A stretch of 64,000 nt of DNA from Candidatus Micrarchaeia archaeon (GTDB taxonomy: Archaea > Micrarchaeota > Micrarchaeia > Burarchaeales > JAVZCV01): positions 1 through 64,000 of the forward strand of contig JAVZCV010000002.1 of NCBI GenBank assembly GCA_038874215.1, in the 5' to 3' direction. This document shows, piece after piece, positions 48,264-57,078 of the stretch. The notes under the pieces are model-generated. The model was given only the letters and a program-made list of their open reading frames with translations. It made no database searches and was not told the origin of the DNA. Positions within the stretch are counted from its first letter, which is position 1; each line of letters starts with the position of its first letter. A program made the translations under genes and the position numbers.

Positions 48264-49202
48264 CTAATCCAACAATGCATCAACGAACCACTCAGGGTTG
48301 AATTCAACAAGCGCATCATACTCCTGACCCGTGCCAATGTATGCGATGGGGAATCCAGCATCGCAAACAGACAAAATAGTGCCTCCTTTTACATCGCAGT
48401 CTATCTTCGTCAGTATGGCGGCATCAACCCCCACCGCCTTATCAAGCTCCTTTATCTGGCTCACTACCGCATTACCAGCCAATGCTTCCCCAACAAAAAT
48501 TTTTAGGTCTGGTTTTGCCACGCGGGCTATCTTCCTCATTTCCTCAAGCAAGTTTCTGTTTGTTTCCTGCCTGCCCGCTGTATCTATAAGAACTACATCT
48601 ATCCCGCGTGCCTTCGCTCTCTCTATAGCATCAAATGCTATGGCGGCAGGGTCAGAGCCATAGCTATGCCTTATTATGCCTACACCAAGCCTCCTGCCAT
48701 GCTCCTCTATCTGCTCTATCGCCGCCGCCCTAAAAGTATCCGAAGCCGCTATTATGCACCTATAACCCTTTCGGCCGAGCATATACGCAAATTTTGCTAT
48801 CGTTGTTGTTTTTCCAGCGCCGTTCGGTCCGATAAAAAGAATTACATACGGGCTTTTTTCTATCCTCAGCTCATATTTTTTCGTAATGGAAAGGAGAGAG
48901 TTTCTCACGACTTCCTGGACAAACTCCCTTATCGTGTTTTTCTCAACACGCTTTCCAACCAACCCCTCCTTTATTATTCCCGTTATCCTCTCTGCTGTTT
49001 CATGGGCAACATCTGCCTCAAGCAGTGAGAGCATAAGTTTTTCCAAGTAGGTTGCAACATCCCTTTCTTTTATCTCTACCTCTTTGCTTAATATGCTCGT
49101 AAGTTTTGTTTGCATACTTAACTCTAACTCTATCTCCTTTTCTTCTGCTTTTACGAAGGAGCTAGCGAACTCTGCTATCCTGCTCTTCAGAATTTCGAAC
49201 AT
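48264..49202 (-). CDS. ftsY: SRP receptor FtsY
   Basis: GPNGAGKTT, DTFRAAA, DTAGR, TKID...KGG. Confidence 0.97.
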   Translation of the reverse strand: MFEILKSRIAEFASSFVKAEEKEIELELSMQTKLTSILSKEVEIKERDVATYLEKLMLSLLEADVAHETAERITGIIKEGLVGKRVEKNTIREFVQEVVRNSLLSITKKYELRIEKSPYVILFIGPNGAGKTTTIAKFAYMLGRKGYRCIIAASDTFRAAAIEQIEEHGRRLGVGIIRHSYGSDPAAIAFDAIERAKARGIDVVLIDTAGRQETNRNLLEEMRKIARVAKPDLKIFVGEALAGNAVVSQIKELDKAVGVDAAILTKIDCDVKGGTILSVCDAGFPIAYIGTGQEYDALVEFNPEWFVDALLD

Positions 49203-49614
49203 CCTTCATCTTCTCTAAAAGCTTTCTTGTACTTCTATCTATCTCCTGTAATCTGCCAGCCGTCTCCGCCATTCTCTTTTCTATCATATCCTGCATTTCC
49301 TCAAGCTCCTTCTTCTTCTTAACCAAGAACTCCTCTGTTTCCTCCTTCGTCTTTGCAACAATAACATTTGCGCCAACATTGACGAGGAACGAGTTTGCAT
49401 CAACATCGCTGACCTTCACGTATACCCCTGAACCCATATGGAAAAGATTTTTTTTAGACCCAAGCTTCCTCAACGCCTCCACGCTCCCCTCTATCTCTGC
49501 AATCTTCATGGATACGGCACTAAGCTGCCTCCTTAATACCTCACCCTGTTGCTGATATGCCTGTGCTTCATAAGCAAGCCTGGAAAGCTCCTCTTCATCG
49601 GACGTTTTTTCCAA
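49162..49614 (-). CDS. pfdA: Prefoldin alpha subunit
   Basis: Coiled coils flanking GSGVYV...VNVGANV hairpins; conserved operon position. Confidence 0.92.
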   Translation of the reverse strand: MEKTSDEEELSRLAYEAQAYQQQGEVLRRQLSAVSMKIAEIEGSVEALRKLGSKKNLFHMGSGVYVKVSDVDANSFLVNVGANVIVAKTKEETEEFLVKKKKELEEMQDMIEKRMAETAGRLQEIDRSTRKLLEKMKDVRNSEEQDSRVR

Positions 49615-49618
49615 CTGC

Positions 49619-49798
49619 TCACCCCCTAGCTCTTTCCACACCCTCTATTTTTATCATGCTCCTTTTCAACCTGCTTCTACTTCCCATCTCTGCAAGCGCA
49701 ACATCAACAGCATGCTTCTCATTCTTTGCATCAACTACGATATTAAACTCCCTCTTTTTTCCCATCTTGCTCATTCTACCGATTATTCTGAATTTCAT
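49619..49798 (-). CDS. rpl18a: 50S ribosomal protein L18Ae/LX (eL20) (not in ORF track)
   Basis: MKFRIIG...F...V.A.NE.HA.......GSR..LKR..I.I; position before prefoldin. Confidence 0.9.
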   Translation of the reverse strand: MKFRIIGRMSKMGKKREFNIVVDAKNEKHAVDVALAEMGSRSRLKRSMIKIEGVERARG

Positions 49799-49808
49799 AG
49801 TATCCCCC

Positions 49809-50135
49809 TCATAGTATTGGCGTGCCTGCCTTCACATCTTTATCTACTGTTACCAATGATATTATGCCTTCCGCATCACTTACTGCTGCGAGTAGCATGC
49901 CCTCAGAAAGTACGCCTCGCACATTTCTCGGCTCTAAGTTTTTAACGAGTATTATCTTTTTTCCTATCAGTTCGTCTGGCGTGTAGTGCTTTGCTATGCC
50001 CGCAACTATCTGCCTGCTACTGTTCCCCACATCCAGCGAGAGTTTAAGGAGTTTCTCCGCGCCCACGATTTTTTCCGCACTCTTTATCTCAGCAACTACA
50101 AGTTCAATTTTCTTGAAATCCTCATACGTTGCCAT
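49809..50135 (-). CDS. tRNA-binding OB-fold protein (Trbp111/MetRS C-terminal-like)
   Basis: F.K..L.V..I, KLL.L..DVG, RQIVAGI, NL.PR..RG..SEGMLL. Confidence 0.9.
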   Translation of the reverse strand: MATYEDFKKIELVVAEIKSAEKIVGAEKLLKLSLDVGNSSRQIVAGIAKHYTPDELIGKKIILVKNLEPRNVRGVLSEGMLLAAVSDAEGIISLVTVDKDVKAGTPIL

Positions 50136-50146
50136 TCCATCACCTC

Positions 50147-50809
50147 TCATATAAACCCAAGGCACTCGTCTATCCTATGCATTTCAAAGCCGCTCGTTCC
50201 TTCCCCTACAACATAACCCTTTGAGTTTGCTATCATCCCAAGCGCAACAAACGGAATACCCATATTTATTGTTCCTATGCCAGAACGCACACCAAGTATC
50301 CCCTCAACAGCCCTCAATTCCTCATCACTTGCGTTGTTGTGCAATATAGCACCCCTGTTGGTTGCAACACAACAACTGCCAACCGTTTTATACCCCGCTA
50401 TGCTCATCCTCTCCATCTCAACCCCTAGGCAATCGCTTATACCCTTTACTTCGTTGAGGGGTACTGACTGGTTTACTATCCCCCCCTTATCGTTTGCGCA
50501 AATGTTCATGCCCACAGCACAGTATTTTGATTTAATTACATAAACGTTCAGCCCAGTTTTTCTCACCCTATTAATCTCTCCTTTCGTTACAAATGGTGGC
50601 AGTATTATGCCGTTTGAATTCATAACCGCATAAATCCCTATAAGGTCGCTGTTTCCAATACTCATCTGAAACATCTCTGTTCCGAGCGCCTTGCAAGCAT
50701 CTATAAACTTGCGATGGGCGTTTTCGCCGATTATCGTTATCTCATCATTCGTTTCAGCGAAAAGCCCGACTGCATCGTTCCCCCAAACCGACACCTTTCT
50801 AAAATGCAA
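50147..50809 (-). CDS. eif6: Translation initiation factor aIF6
   Basis: Pentein repeats NSNG, ANDKG, TNRG, GTINMG, ANSKG..VG..TSG.E. Confidence 0.95.
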   Translation of the reverse strand: MHFRKVSVWGNDAVGLFAETNDEITIIGENAHRKFIDACKALGTEMFQMSIGNSDLIGIYAVMNSNGIILPPFVTKGEINRVRKTGLNVYVIKSKYCAVGMNICANDKGGIVNQSVPLNEVKGISDCLGVEMERMSIAGYKTVGSCCVATNRGAILHNNASDEELRAVEGILGVRSGIGTINMGIPFVALGMIANSKGYVVGEGTSGFEMHRIDECLGFI

Positions 50810-51175
50810 TCACTCACTCCCCGTTTTTTTGCTTTCCTCCCCTCTCTCTGGTTTTGTAGTCTGCTCTGTATCCTTTACTTCTCCTCCCCTACTCTTCTCC
50901 TCTTTAATTTTTTTCTCTGATTTAACGTCAGCAAGCCTCACGTTCACATAGCCCTCCTCCACAGATACCATTACTTTTACTCTTCTGGGTGGTTTCTTCA
51001 TACCGCGGCTAAAAACATACTCCCCGATTTTGCCATCAATTCTAACTGCGTCTTCCTTCACTTTCATGTGCCTTGCTACTCCCACCCTGATTATTTCTAT
51101 CGCCTTTCTCGCTCTCTTAGTTCTGGGCTGTTCGTAAGCGGAAGAAAGCGTTAAAGTGTAAACTCTCTCTTTCAA
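50810..51175 (-). CDS. rpl31e: 50S ribosomal protein L31e
   Basis: ERVYT..L, KRA.KA, RHMK, SRG..KPP. Confidence 0.95.
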   Translation of the reverse strand: MKERVYTLTLSSAYEQPRTKRARKAIEIIRVGVARHMKVKEDAVRIDGKIGEYVFSRGMKKPPRRVKVMVSVEEGYVNVRLADVKSEKKIKEEKSRGGEVKDTEQTTKPERGEESKKTGSE

Positions 51176-51183
51176 ACAACCAC

Positions 51184-51345
51184 CTACTCCAACTTCAATT
51201 TCAGTTTTCTCGCCCTCCAGTTTCTTGCCTTGACGTTTCTTTTTACCTTTCTATTCGTTTTCGCCATCACAAAAATCGGAACCCTTCTATTCTGCCTCAA
51301 TTTCTTGCCCAGCCTTGCTTTTTTTTCAGCGCTTTTCTTCCCCAC
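51184..51345 (-). CDS. rpl39e: 50S ribosomal protein L39e (not in ORF track)
   Basis: KK.RLGK..RQNRRVP.FV..KT.R.V..N...RNWR. Confidence 0.95.
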   Translation of the reverse strand: MGKKSAEKKARLGKKLRQNRRVPIFVMAKTNRKVKRNVKARNWRARKLKLKLE

Positions 51346-51354
51346 CAAACCACC

Positions 51355-51660
51355 CTACTTCCTCCTTATCTCTATTCTCGTCTCTTTTTTAGTGCTAACG
51401 CGCGAAAGCAAATCTAAAAGCTTTTCATTGCTTATCTTGCCTCTAAGTTGGTTTGATTGTATCAGATATGCGATAAGCGATACAACCTGATTATACAATT
51501 CCGGGTTTGCAATCCTAACGTTCATCATTCTCTCGTATGCATCTGCTTCAAGCGCAGACTTAAGAATGAGCTTCCTCTGCTCTTCCATAGCAATCTCTTT
51601 TTGCAATCTCTCAATTTTTTTTCTTCTTAATTCCTCTATGTCCACCATTTCTGCACCCAT
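51355..51660 (-). CDS. PDCD5-related DNA-binding protein
   Basis: EELRRKK, L...A.ER, I....L..LL, C-terminal I.IRRK. Confidence 0.9.
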   Translation of the reverse strand: MGAEMVDIEELRRKKIERLQKEIAMEEQRKLILKSALEADAYERMMNVRIANPELYNQVVSLIAYLIQSNQLRGKISNEKLLDLLSRVSTKKETRIEIRRK

Positions 51661-52082
51661 TACTTCGCTACATTCTTTATTGCTGCAGAAACCTCATTCA
51701 AAAAAGATATTCCTTTTTCTGTTAGCATTCTGCCATTTTTTGTCTTTTTTACAAAACCTATTTTTTCAAGCTGTTGCAACCCCATCCTTATTATTTTACC
51801 CCCAGCCTTCCCATGCCTCTCCGACCTACTTCCATGCTTTACCCTTCCGCCGTATGCCTTCCTAAAATCACCAACACCCATCGCACCGTTAACATACATC
51901 TTTCTGAGCATGGATGCGCAGCGAATATACCAGAAGTTCTTTTGTTCCGGAGCCCTCTCCCTATGCGCACCGCTCTTTACGAATGAAAGCCATTGCGGTG
52001 CCTTAATTTCCCCGATTCCTTCAAGCCTCCTCGCAGTTTCCTCTATCAGCCTCTTTGCTGGAACATCATACGGCGTTACCAT
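51660..52082 (-). CDS. rps19e: 30S ribosomal protein S19e
   Basis: DVPA..LI, P.W..FVKSG...ER.P, WYIR.AS.LRK, LQQLE. Confidence 0.97.
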   Translation of the reverse strand: MVTPYDVPAKRLIEETARRLEGIGEIKAPQWLSFVKSGAHRERAPEQKNFWYIRCASMLRKMYVNGAMGVGDFRKAYGGRVKHGSRSERHGKAGGKIIRMGLQQLEKIGFVKKTKNGRMLTEKGISFLNEVSAAIKNVAK

Positions 52083-52091
52083 ATGCCCACC

Positions 52092-52397
52092 TCACTTGTA
52101 ACCAAATCGCCTTTTTGCTCCACATTCACACACATACTCAACAACCCCTCTGCGAGGTAAGAGTCTAACACTCGCATTATAGCCTGGGATCAAAAAGGCA
52201 TTACACTTTTTGCACAATCGCCTTTTTATCGTTTTCGGAATTCTGACGTTATACCTCCTCTCTATTTTTCTTGCCAGTTCAACATAGCGTTTGCTTCTCT
52301 TTGGGTTCGTTTTGGCGTTTTCTTTGGCAAGGGAGCAGAGTATGGCGATCCTCTCCTTTGCAATCGCCTTAACAATCGTCCGCCTGTTCGCCCCCAC
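52092..52397 (-). CDS. rnp4: Ribonuclease P protein component 4 (Rpp21)
   Basis: IA.ERI..L, RY..LA, CKKC..FL.PG, C.CG..RR. Confidence 0.93.
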   Translation of the reverse strand: MGANRRTIVKAIAKERIAILCSLAKENAKTNPKRSKRYVELARKIERRYNVRIPKTIKRRLCKKCNAFLIPGYNASVRLLPRRGVVEYVCECGAKRRFGYK

Positions 52398-52428
52398 TTC
52401 TACTCCCTTGTCTACGTAAAAGCAAACA

Positions 52429-52576
52429 TGGGCCCGGAGGGATTTCCGCAACCTTCATTCGAACCCTCGACCTACAGCTGTCGCAAGCGCATGTGCTAGA
52501 GTGCGCCATATAAGACATGCGTACCGAAAGGCAAGGCATTTCGGTATGCCGCTCTAGCCAGCTGAGCTACGGGCCC
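52429..52576 (-). tRNA. tRNA-Ile(UAU) with three introns: 29/30 (52517-52546), 37/38 (52480-52508), 59/60 (52443-52457)
   Basis: Removing 30+29+15 nt gives a 74-nt cloverleaf: GGGCCCG/CGGGCCC-A73, GCAGT-CT-TAT-AA-GCTGT, GAGGG-TTCGAAT-CCCTC; each intron has BHB/BHL-like geometry. Confidence 0.85.
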
Positions 52577-52663
52577 ATATCTTTTCTAATTAAAATAAAA
52601 TTATAAGCGCATCGGTTGTTCTAATACCTAAATCGTTTTATTTCTCACATTCGGAGCTGCTTT

Positions 52664-53968
52664 ATGGACCTTGGGCAAAGTCTCAGGAATGCACTTGCAA
52701 AAATAACGGGCGCAGCGCTTGTAGACGAAAAAGCAGTGAATTCCCTTGTCAAGGAGCTCCAAAGGCTTCTAATAAGCGCCGATGTAAGCGTATCGCTTGT
52801 TTTTGAGCTTTCGGAGAGAATACGCAGGCGCGCCCTTTCCGAGCAGATACCCCCAAGCATATCCCGCAAGGAGCACATAGTTCGTGTCGTGTATGATGAG
52901 CTCGTTTCTCTTATGGGCGAGAAATACGAGTGCAGGCTTGGGCCGCAAAAAATACTTGTAGTGGGATTATATGGGAGCGGCAAGACAACGACATGCGGGA
53001 AGCTTGCGAACTTCTATAAATCCCGCGGTCTTTCAGTCCTTCTTGTATGTGCTGATGTATCAAGACCCGCAGCCTACGAACAGCTTAAACAGCTCGCAGA
53101 AAAATGCGGGGTAGCGTTCTATGGCGAAAAGGAAAATACCAACGCGACTCACATAGTCCGAAATGCGCTCAGTGTTGCAAATCAGGACGTTATAATAGTG
53201 GATTCATCTGGAAGAAACGCGATTGAAGATGAGCTCGCAAAAGAGCTGCGTGAAATAGGCGATGTACTAAAACCAGACGAGTGTTTCCTCGTTGTCAGCG
53301 CTGATATTGGACAGGTTGCAGCAAAGCAGGCAAAGGCATTCAATGCTGCCGTTGGAATAACGGGCGTAATCGTTACAAAGATGGATGGCAGCGCAAAAGG
53401 GGGGGGCGCTCTAAGTGCTGTTGCCGCAAGCGGCTCAAAAATAGCGTTCATGGGAACGGGCGAAAAAATCTCAGATATTGAGGTTTTCGACGCTAAAAAA
53501 TATGTAGGCAGGCTTCTCGGTTTCCCTGATATAGAAGCGCTGCTTGAGCGTGTGAAGGAGGCTTCAAAAGAGTTAGACGAAAGCATGCTTGAAGAGAAGT
53601 TCACTCTAAACACTTTCTACAAGCAAATGAAAGCGGCAAAGAGCATGGGACCGCTAAAGAATATCTTCTCAATGCTTGGTTTATCAGACCTGCCAGAAGA
53701 AGTCTTATCACAGAGTGAGGAGAAACTTAGAAAGTACGAGAGCATAATACTGTCAATGACTCCCGAGGAGCGTGAGAATGCCCTTCTTGTAAAGAAGAGC
53801 AGGAGCAGAATTGAAAGAATAGCAAAGGGTTCGGGCAGGAGTGTTGATGACGTAAAGGCTCTGCTCCAGGAATTTGAAAGAATTGAAAAAATGCTAAATG
53901 CGATTAAGAAGAACAGAGGGATGAGGCGGAAGTTTGAGAAAATGCTCGGGACGAAACTCGGTGGTTGA
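52664..53968 (+). CDS. srp54: Signal recognition particle protein SRP54
   Basis: GLYGSGKTT, RPAA.EQL, DSSGR, TKMDGSAKGGG, M domain SMT.EER. Confidence 0.97.
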   Translation: MDLGQSLRNALAKITGAALVDEKAVNSLVKELQRLLISADVSVSLVFELSERIRRRALSEQIPPSISRKEHIVRVVYDELVSLMGEKYECRLGPQKILVVGLYGSGKTTTCGKLANFYKSRGLSVLLVCADVSRPAAYEQLKQLAEKCGVAFYGEKENTNATHIVRNALSVANQDVIIVDSSGRNAIEDELAKELREIGDVLKPDECFLVVSADIGQVAAKQAKAFNAAVGITGVIVTKMDGSAKGGGALSAVAASGSKIAFMGTGEKISDIEVFDAKKYVGRLLGFPDIEALLERVKEASKELDESMLEEKFTLNTFYKQMKAAKSMGPLKNIFSMLGLSDLPEEVLSQSEEKLRKYESIILSMTPEERENALLVKKSRSRIERIAKGSGRSVDDVKALLQEFERIEKMLNAIKKNRGMRRKFEKMLGTKLGG

Positions 53969-54937
53969 ATGAAAACAATTACCCTATTCTTTCTACTCCT
54001 GACACTTGTGCTTTTCATATTCTCATTTTATATTTTTCCAATAATGATTGAGGGGATTATACCCCCCCAATTCCACGATTTGTCCAAAAAGACGCTAATC
54101 TCCGTGATTGTCCTTGTTGTTGCCATAACTCTATCTAAGGTATTTGATGAATGGGTCAGGCATGCTTTGCGCAGAGTATCAGAAATGGAGGTTGGCATTG
54201 TTTCAAACATCTTCCGCTATACCGTCCTCGGAATAGCACTTTTGATGATTGCTTTCACATTCGTTGGCGACGTGGGTTCTCTTTCTGTCTTTTTGGGACT
54301 CGTTGGAGCGGGGCTTGCCGTTGCTCTTCAGCAACCTCTCTCCTGCGTTATTGCTTGGCTTGTCATAATAACGAACCGCCTCTATCGCATAGGCGATAGG
54401 GTTGCGATAGATGGGGTGAGGGGCGATATAGCGGATATAAGGCTTTTCTTCACCCAGCTTGTAGAAGTTGATGAGATGACGGAGCAGGAAACTGGTCGTC
54501 TCGTTTTCATCCCTAACAACGTCATATTCGCAAAGAACATATTAAACTACACGCTTGAGAATCCCTTCGTATGGGATGAAGTGCTCGTCTCAGTTACATA
54601 CGAAAGCGACATAAAACTCGCAAACAAGCTGATTGAAAAGGCGGCGCATGAAATAGTAGGCAAGAGCATGGAGAATGCTGCATACTATCTATCACTTAGA
54701 AGCGAGCCCCTGCAAAAATTCAGGGATAGAACCGCAAAACCGATAACATATATAAAATTCGCGCCGAGTTCGGTTGATATTTCGGTTCGTTATCTCGTTG
54801 AGGCAAGGAGCAGGCGAAACGTGCATTCAGCGATAACCTCCAGAATATTTGAATACTTCTCAAAAACACCAGGGGTTGAGATTGCCTATCCAACAACAAG
54901 GACGATTAGGATTGAGCCCGAGGCCAAAAGTAATTAA
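53969..54937 (+). CDS. mscS: Small-conductance mechanosensitive channel
   Basis: GLVGAGLAVALQ, Y.IGD.V.I, IPN, V.V.YESD, I.YP. Confidence 0.92.
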   Translation: MKTITLFFLLLTLVLFIFSFYIFPIMIEGIIPPQFHDLSKKTLISVIVLVVAITLSKVFDEWVRHALRRVSEMEVGIVSNIFRYTVLGIALLMIAFTFVGDVGSLSVFLGLVGAGLAVALQQPLSCVIAWLVIITNRLYRIGDRVAIDGVRGDIADIRLFFTQLVEVDEMTEQETGRLVFIPNNVIFAKNILNYTLENPFVWDEVLVSVTYESDIKLANKLIEKAAHEIVGKSMENAAYYLSLRSEPLQKFRDRTAKPITYIKFAPSSVDISVRYLVEARSRRNVHSAITSRIFEYFSKTPGVEIAYPTTRTIRIEPEAKSN

Positions 54938-54960
54938 TGTAAAAATACATATGTGTTTAT

Positions 54961-56067
54961 ATGAAGATAGCCGCAATCGGCCATTGCCTGCTTGCGCGGA
55001 GGCAATACGGGATATTTAACGAAATGCGCGAGCACGAAATTGAGCTTTTCGTCCCAAAAGCGTGGCCTGGCGTCCTTGAAAGGCCGGTAATAGCAGGAAA
55101 AGTCCATAGGATGAGGCTTCTTAACCATGGCAACACCTACAATTACATCATGCCCGGCATTATGCCAGCCCTCGCAGCTTCAAAGCCTGATTTAGTATAC
55201 ACAAACGCTGAGCCATGGAGCAACATGTGCTTCTATGCACAACTCTGCTCAAAAATGCTGAAAATACCGCATGTTTTTTTCACATGGGAAAATACAAGCT
55301 GGCCCACAAGAGGGTTTCAGAAGAGAAAAGAATGCTTCGTGGTTTCATGCGCTGCGGGTGCGGTGGCAGGAAACAAGGATGCAGAGAACAGGCTTAAGAT
55401 CCTTAGGCCTGACCTCCCAGTCAAGAGAATGCCAAATGGCGGAATAGACACGAAACTTTTCAGGCATTCAAAGAAAAGCCTAAGACACGAGCTGGGGCTT
55501 GAAGATAAGAAGGTTGTTCTATTTGTAGGAAGGTTTGTGAAGGAAAAGGGCATTTGGTTTATCATTGATAGCATTGAACGCGTAAGGCAGGAAATAAAGG
55601 ATGCCCATTTTGTTTTCGCCGGTAAGGGTCCCGAGAAGCGGGCAATGATGCTCCGCATACTGAATTCACCATTCAGGGACGCATGCACGCTTCTCAGCTG
55701 GAGGCCATACGAGGAACTACCACTTGTATACAACAGCGCAGACATTTTCGTGTACCCAAGCTATTCCACACCGCACTGGAGAGAGCAGTTCGGCTTTGCA
55801 ATACTTGAAGCGATGGCATGCGGTCTCCCCGTTATAACAACGAGATGCGGCGCTATAGAAGAAGTTGCGGGCGATGCCGCAGAGTATGTGCCAGAAAGGG
55901 ATTCAAACGCCCTTGCAAAAAAAATAGTGGAGTTGCTCTGCGAAGAAGGAAAAAGAAAATCACTTGCCGCAAAGGGCCGAGAAAGAGCACAAGTTTACGA
56001 TTTAAAGAGAGTTGCACGCATGCACAAAGAATTCTTTGAGGAAATAGCAGGCAGGGGTCATATATAG
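54961..56067 (+). CDS. Glycosyltransferase family 4
   Basis: FVGR...EKG, EQFG..ILEAMACG.PVI. Confidence 0.93.
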   Translation: MKIAAIGHCLLARRQYGIFNEMREHEIELFVPKAWPGVLERPVIAGKVHRMRLLNHGNTYNYIMPGIMPALAASKPDLVYTNAEPWSNMCFYAQLCSKMLKIPHVFFTWENTSWPTRGFQKRKECFVVSCAAGAVAGNKDAENRLKILRPDLPVKRMPNGGIDTKLFRHSKKSLRHELGLEDKKVVLFVGRFVKEKGIWFIIDSIERVRQEIKDAHFVFAGKGPEKRAMMLRILNSPFRDACTLLSWRPYEELPLVYNSADIFVYPSYSTPHWREQFGFAILEAMACGLPVITTRCGAIEEVAGDAAEYVPERDSNALAKKIVELLCEEGKRKSLAAKGRERAQVYDLKRVARMHKEFFEEIAGRGHI

Positions 56068-57029
56068 AACCAAAAATTTTCCCTGTAATATTCATACATC
56101 TTCCTCAGCCCTTCTTCAAAACATGTTTCTGGTCTCCAGCCCAGCTCTTTCAATCTTCCTATATCGGCTATGTAATCGCCTGTTTTGTCTCGCCCGTAGT
56201 CCTCGGGCCATTCTGCGTGCTTAATCCTCCCCTTTCCAACAACTTTGACGACTGATTTCGCCATGTCTATAAAGGCGGTTCCCTTTCCCGAGCCTATGTT
56301 GAAAGGACCTTGATTCCCGCACGCAACAACCATACCCTCTACTACATCATCCACATACACATAGTCTCTCAACTGCTTTCCATCCCCAAAAACCTCTATT
56401 GTCTTATCCTCCATCGCAAGCCTCATGAACCATCCTACTATACCATATTTCCAGTGCTTTATCTGCTGGCGAGGTCCATACGGGTTTGCAATCCTTACTA
56501 TCGTAGTTTTCATGCCATATGCACGCGCATATATCATGTAATACATCTCCCCGACCAGTTTCTCTATCCCGTATAGCGTTATCGGTTTTTTTGGTGCATC
56601 CTCATTTGTAAGGCCGTTCGTAATACCATAGACCATTCTTGAGCTTGTGAAGAGAATAGCTGCACTTTCCGCATGCTTTCTGCACGCTTCAAGTATGTTT
56701 ATATGCCCCTTAAGATTGACGTCAATATCATAAAGCGCCATTTTTAGCGCATCAACGTAGTTCACCTGCGCCGCCAGACTGAAAACATAATCCTTTTCCT
56801 TCACTGCTTCCTCAACCCTGCGCATATCCCTAATGTCTGCTTTAATGAATTCTATATCCCCCTCCATGCCTTCAAGGTTCTTCATGTTTCCGCCATAGCC
56901 CGGTAGCATCCCATCTAAAATTGTGACTTTTGCACCAAGCGAAACAAGCCTCCTTGCAAGATTGCTACCTATAAAACCCGCACCCCCTGTTATCAGAACT
57001 TCGCTATCCTCGTAATCTTTGGGTTCCAT
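56058..57029 (-). CDS. NAD-dependent nucleotide-sugar epimerase/dehydratase
   Basis: TGGAGFIGS, YGIEK (YxxxK), NPYGP, RDYVYV. Confidence 0.93.
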   Translation of the reverse strand: MEPKDYEDSEVLITGGAGFIGSNLARRLVSLGAKVTILDGMLPGYGGNMKNLEGMEGDIEFIKADIRDMRRVEEAVKEKDYVFSLAAQVNYVDALKMALYDIDVNLKGHINILEACRKHAESAAILFTSSRMVYGITNGLTNEDAPKKPITLYGIEKLVGEMYYMIYARAYGMKTTIVRIANPYGPRQQIKHWKYGIVGWFMRLAMEDKTIEVFGDGKQLRDYVYVDDVVEGMVVACGNQGPFNIGSGKGTAFIDMAKSVVKVVGKGRIKHAEWPEDYGRDKTGDYIADIGRLKELGWRPETCFEEGLRKMYEYYRENFWFYI

Positions 57030-57078
57030 GATAAAACCTCACCTCGCACTTATTAAATATTGGCTATTCTATCTAATT

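Noticed and set aside
52398-52451. ORF-track start of Rpp21 at 52451
   Set aside because: It overlaps the tRNA-Ile 3' end; GTG at 52397 fits better
26440-52476. Shared tRNA 3' ends (about 26440 and 52430) as att sites of an integrated element
   Set aside because: Both are complete tRNA genes, the intervening DNA is housekeeping, and no integrase is present
52480-52549. Alternative parses of the triple-intron tRNA (Ser CGA/TGA or suppressor UUA)
   Set aside because: They give a pyrimidine at 37 or lack U33, have no long variable arm and fit BHB geometry worse than Ile(UAU)
48194-52663. SRP RNA or RNase P RNA near ftsY, rnp4 and srp54
   Set aside because: Intergenic gaps are too short and AT-rich to hold these RNAs
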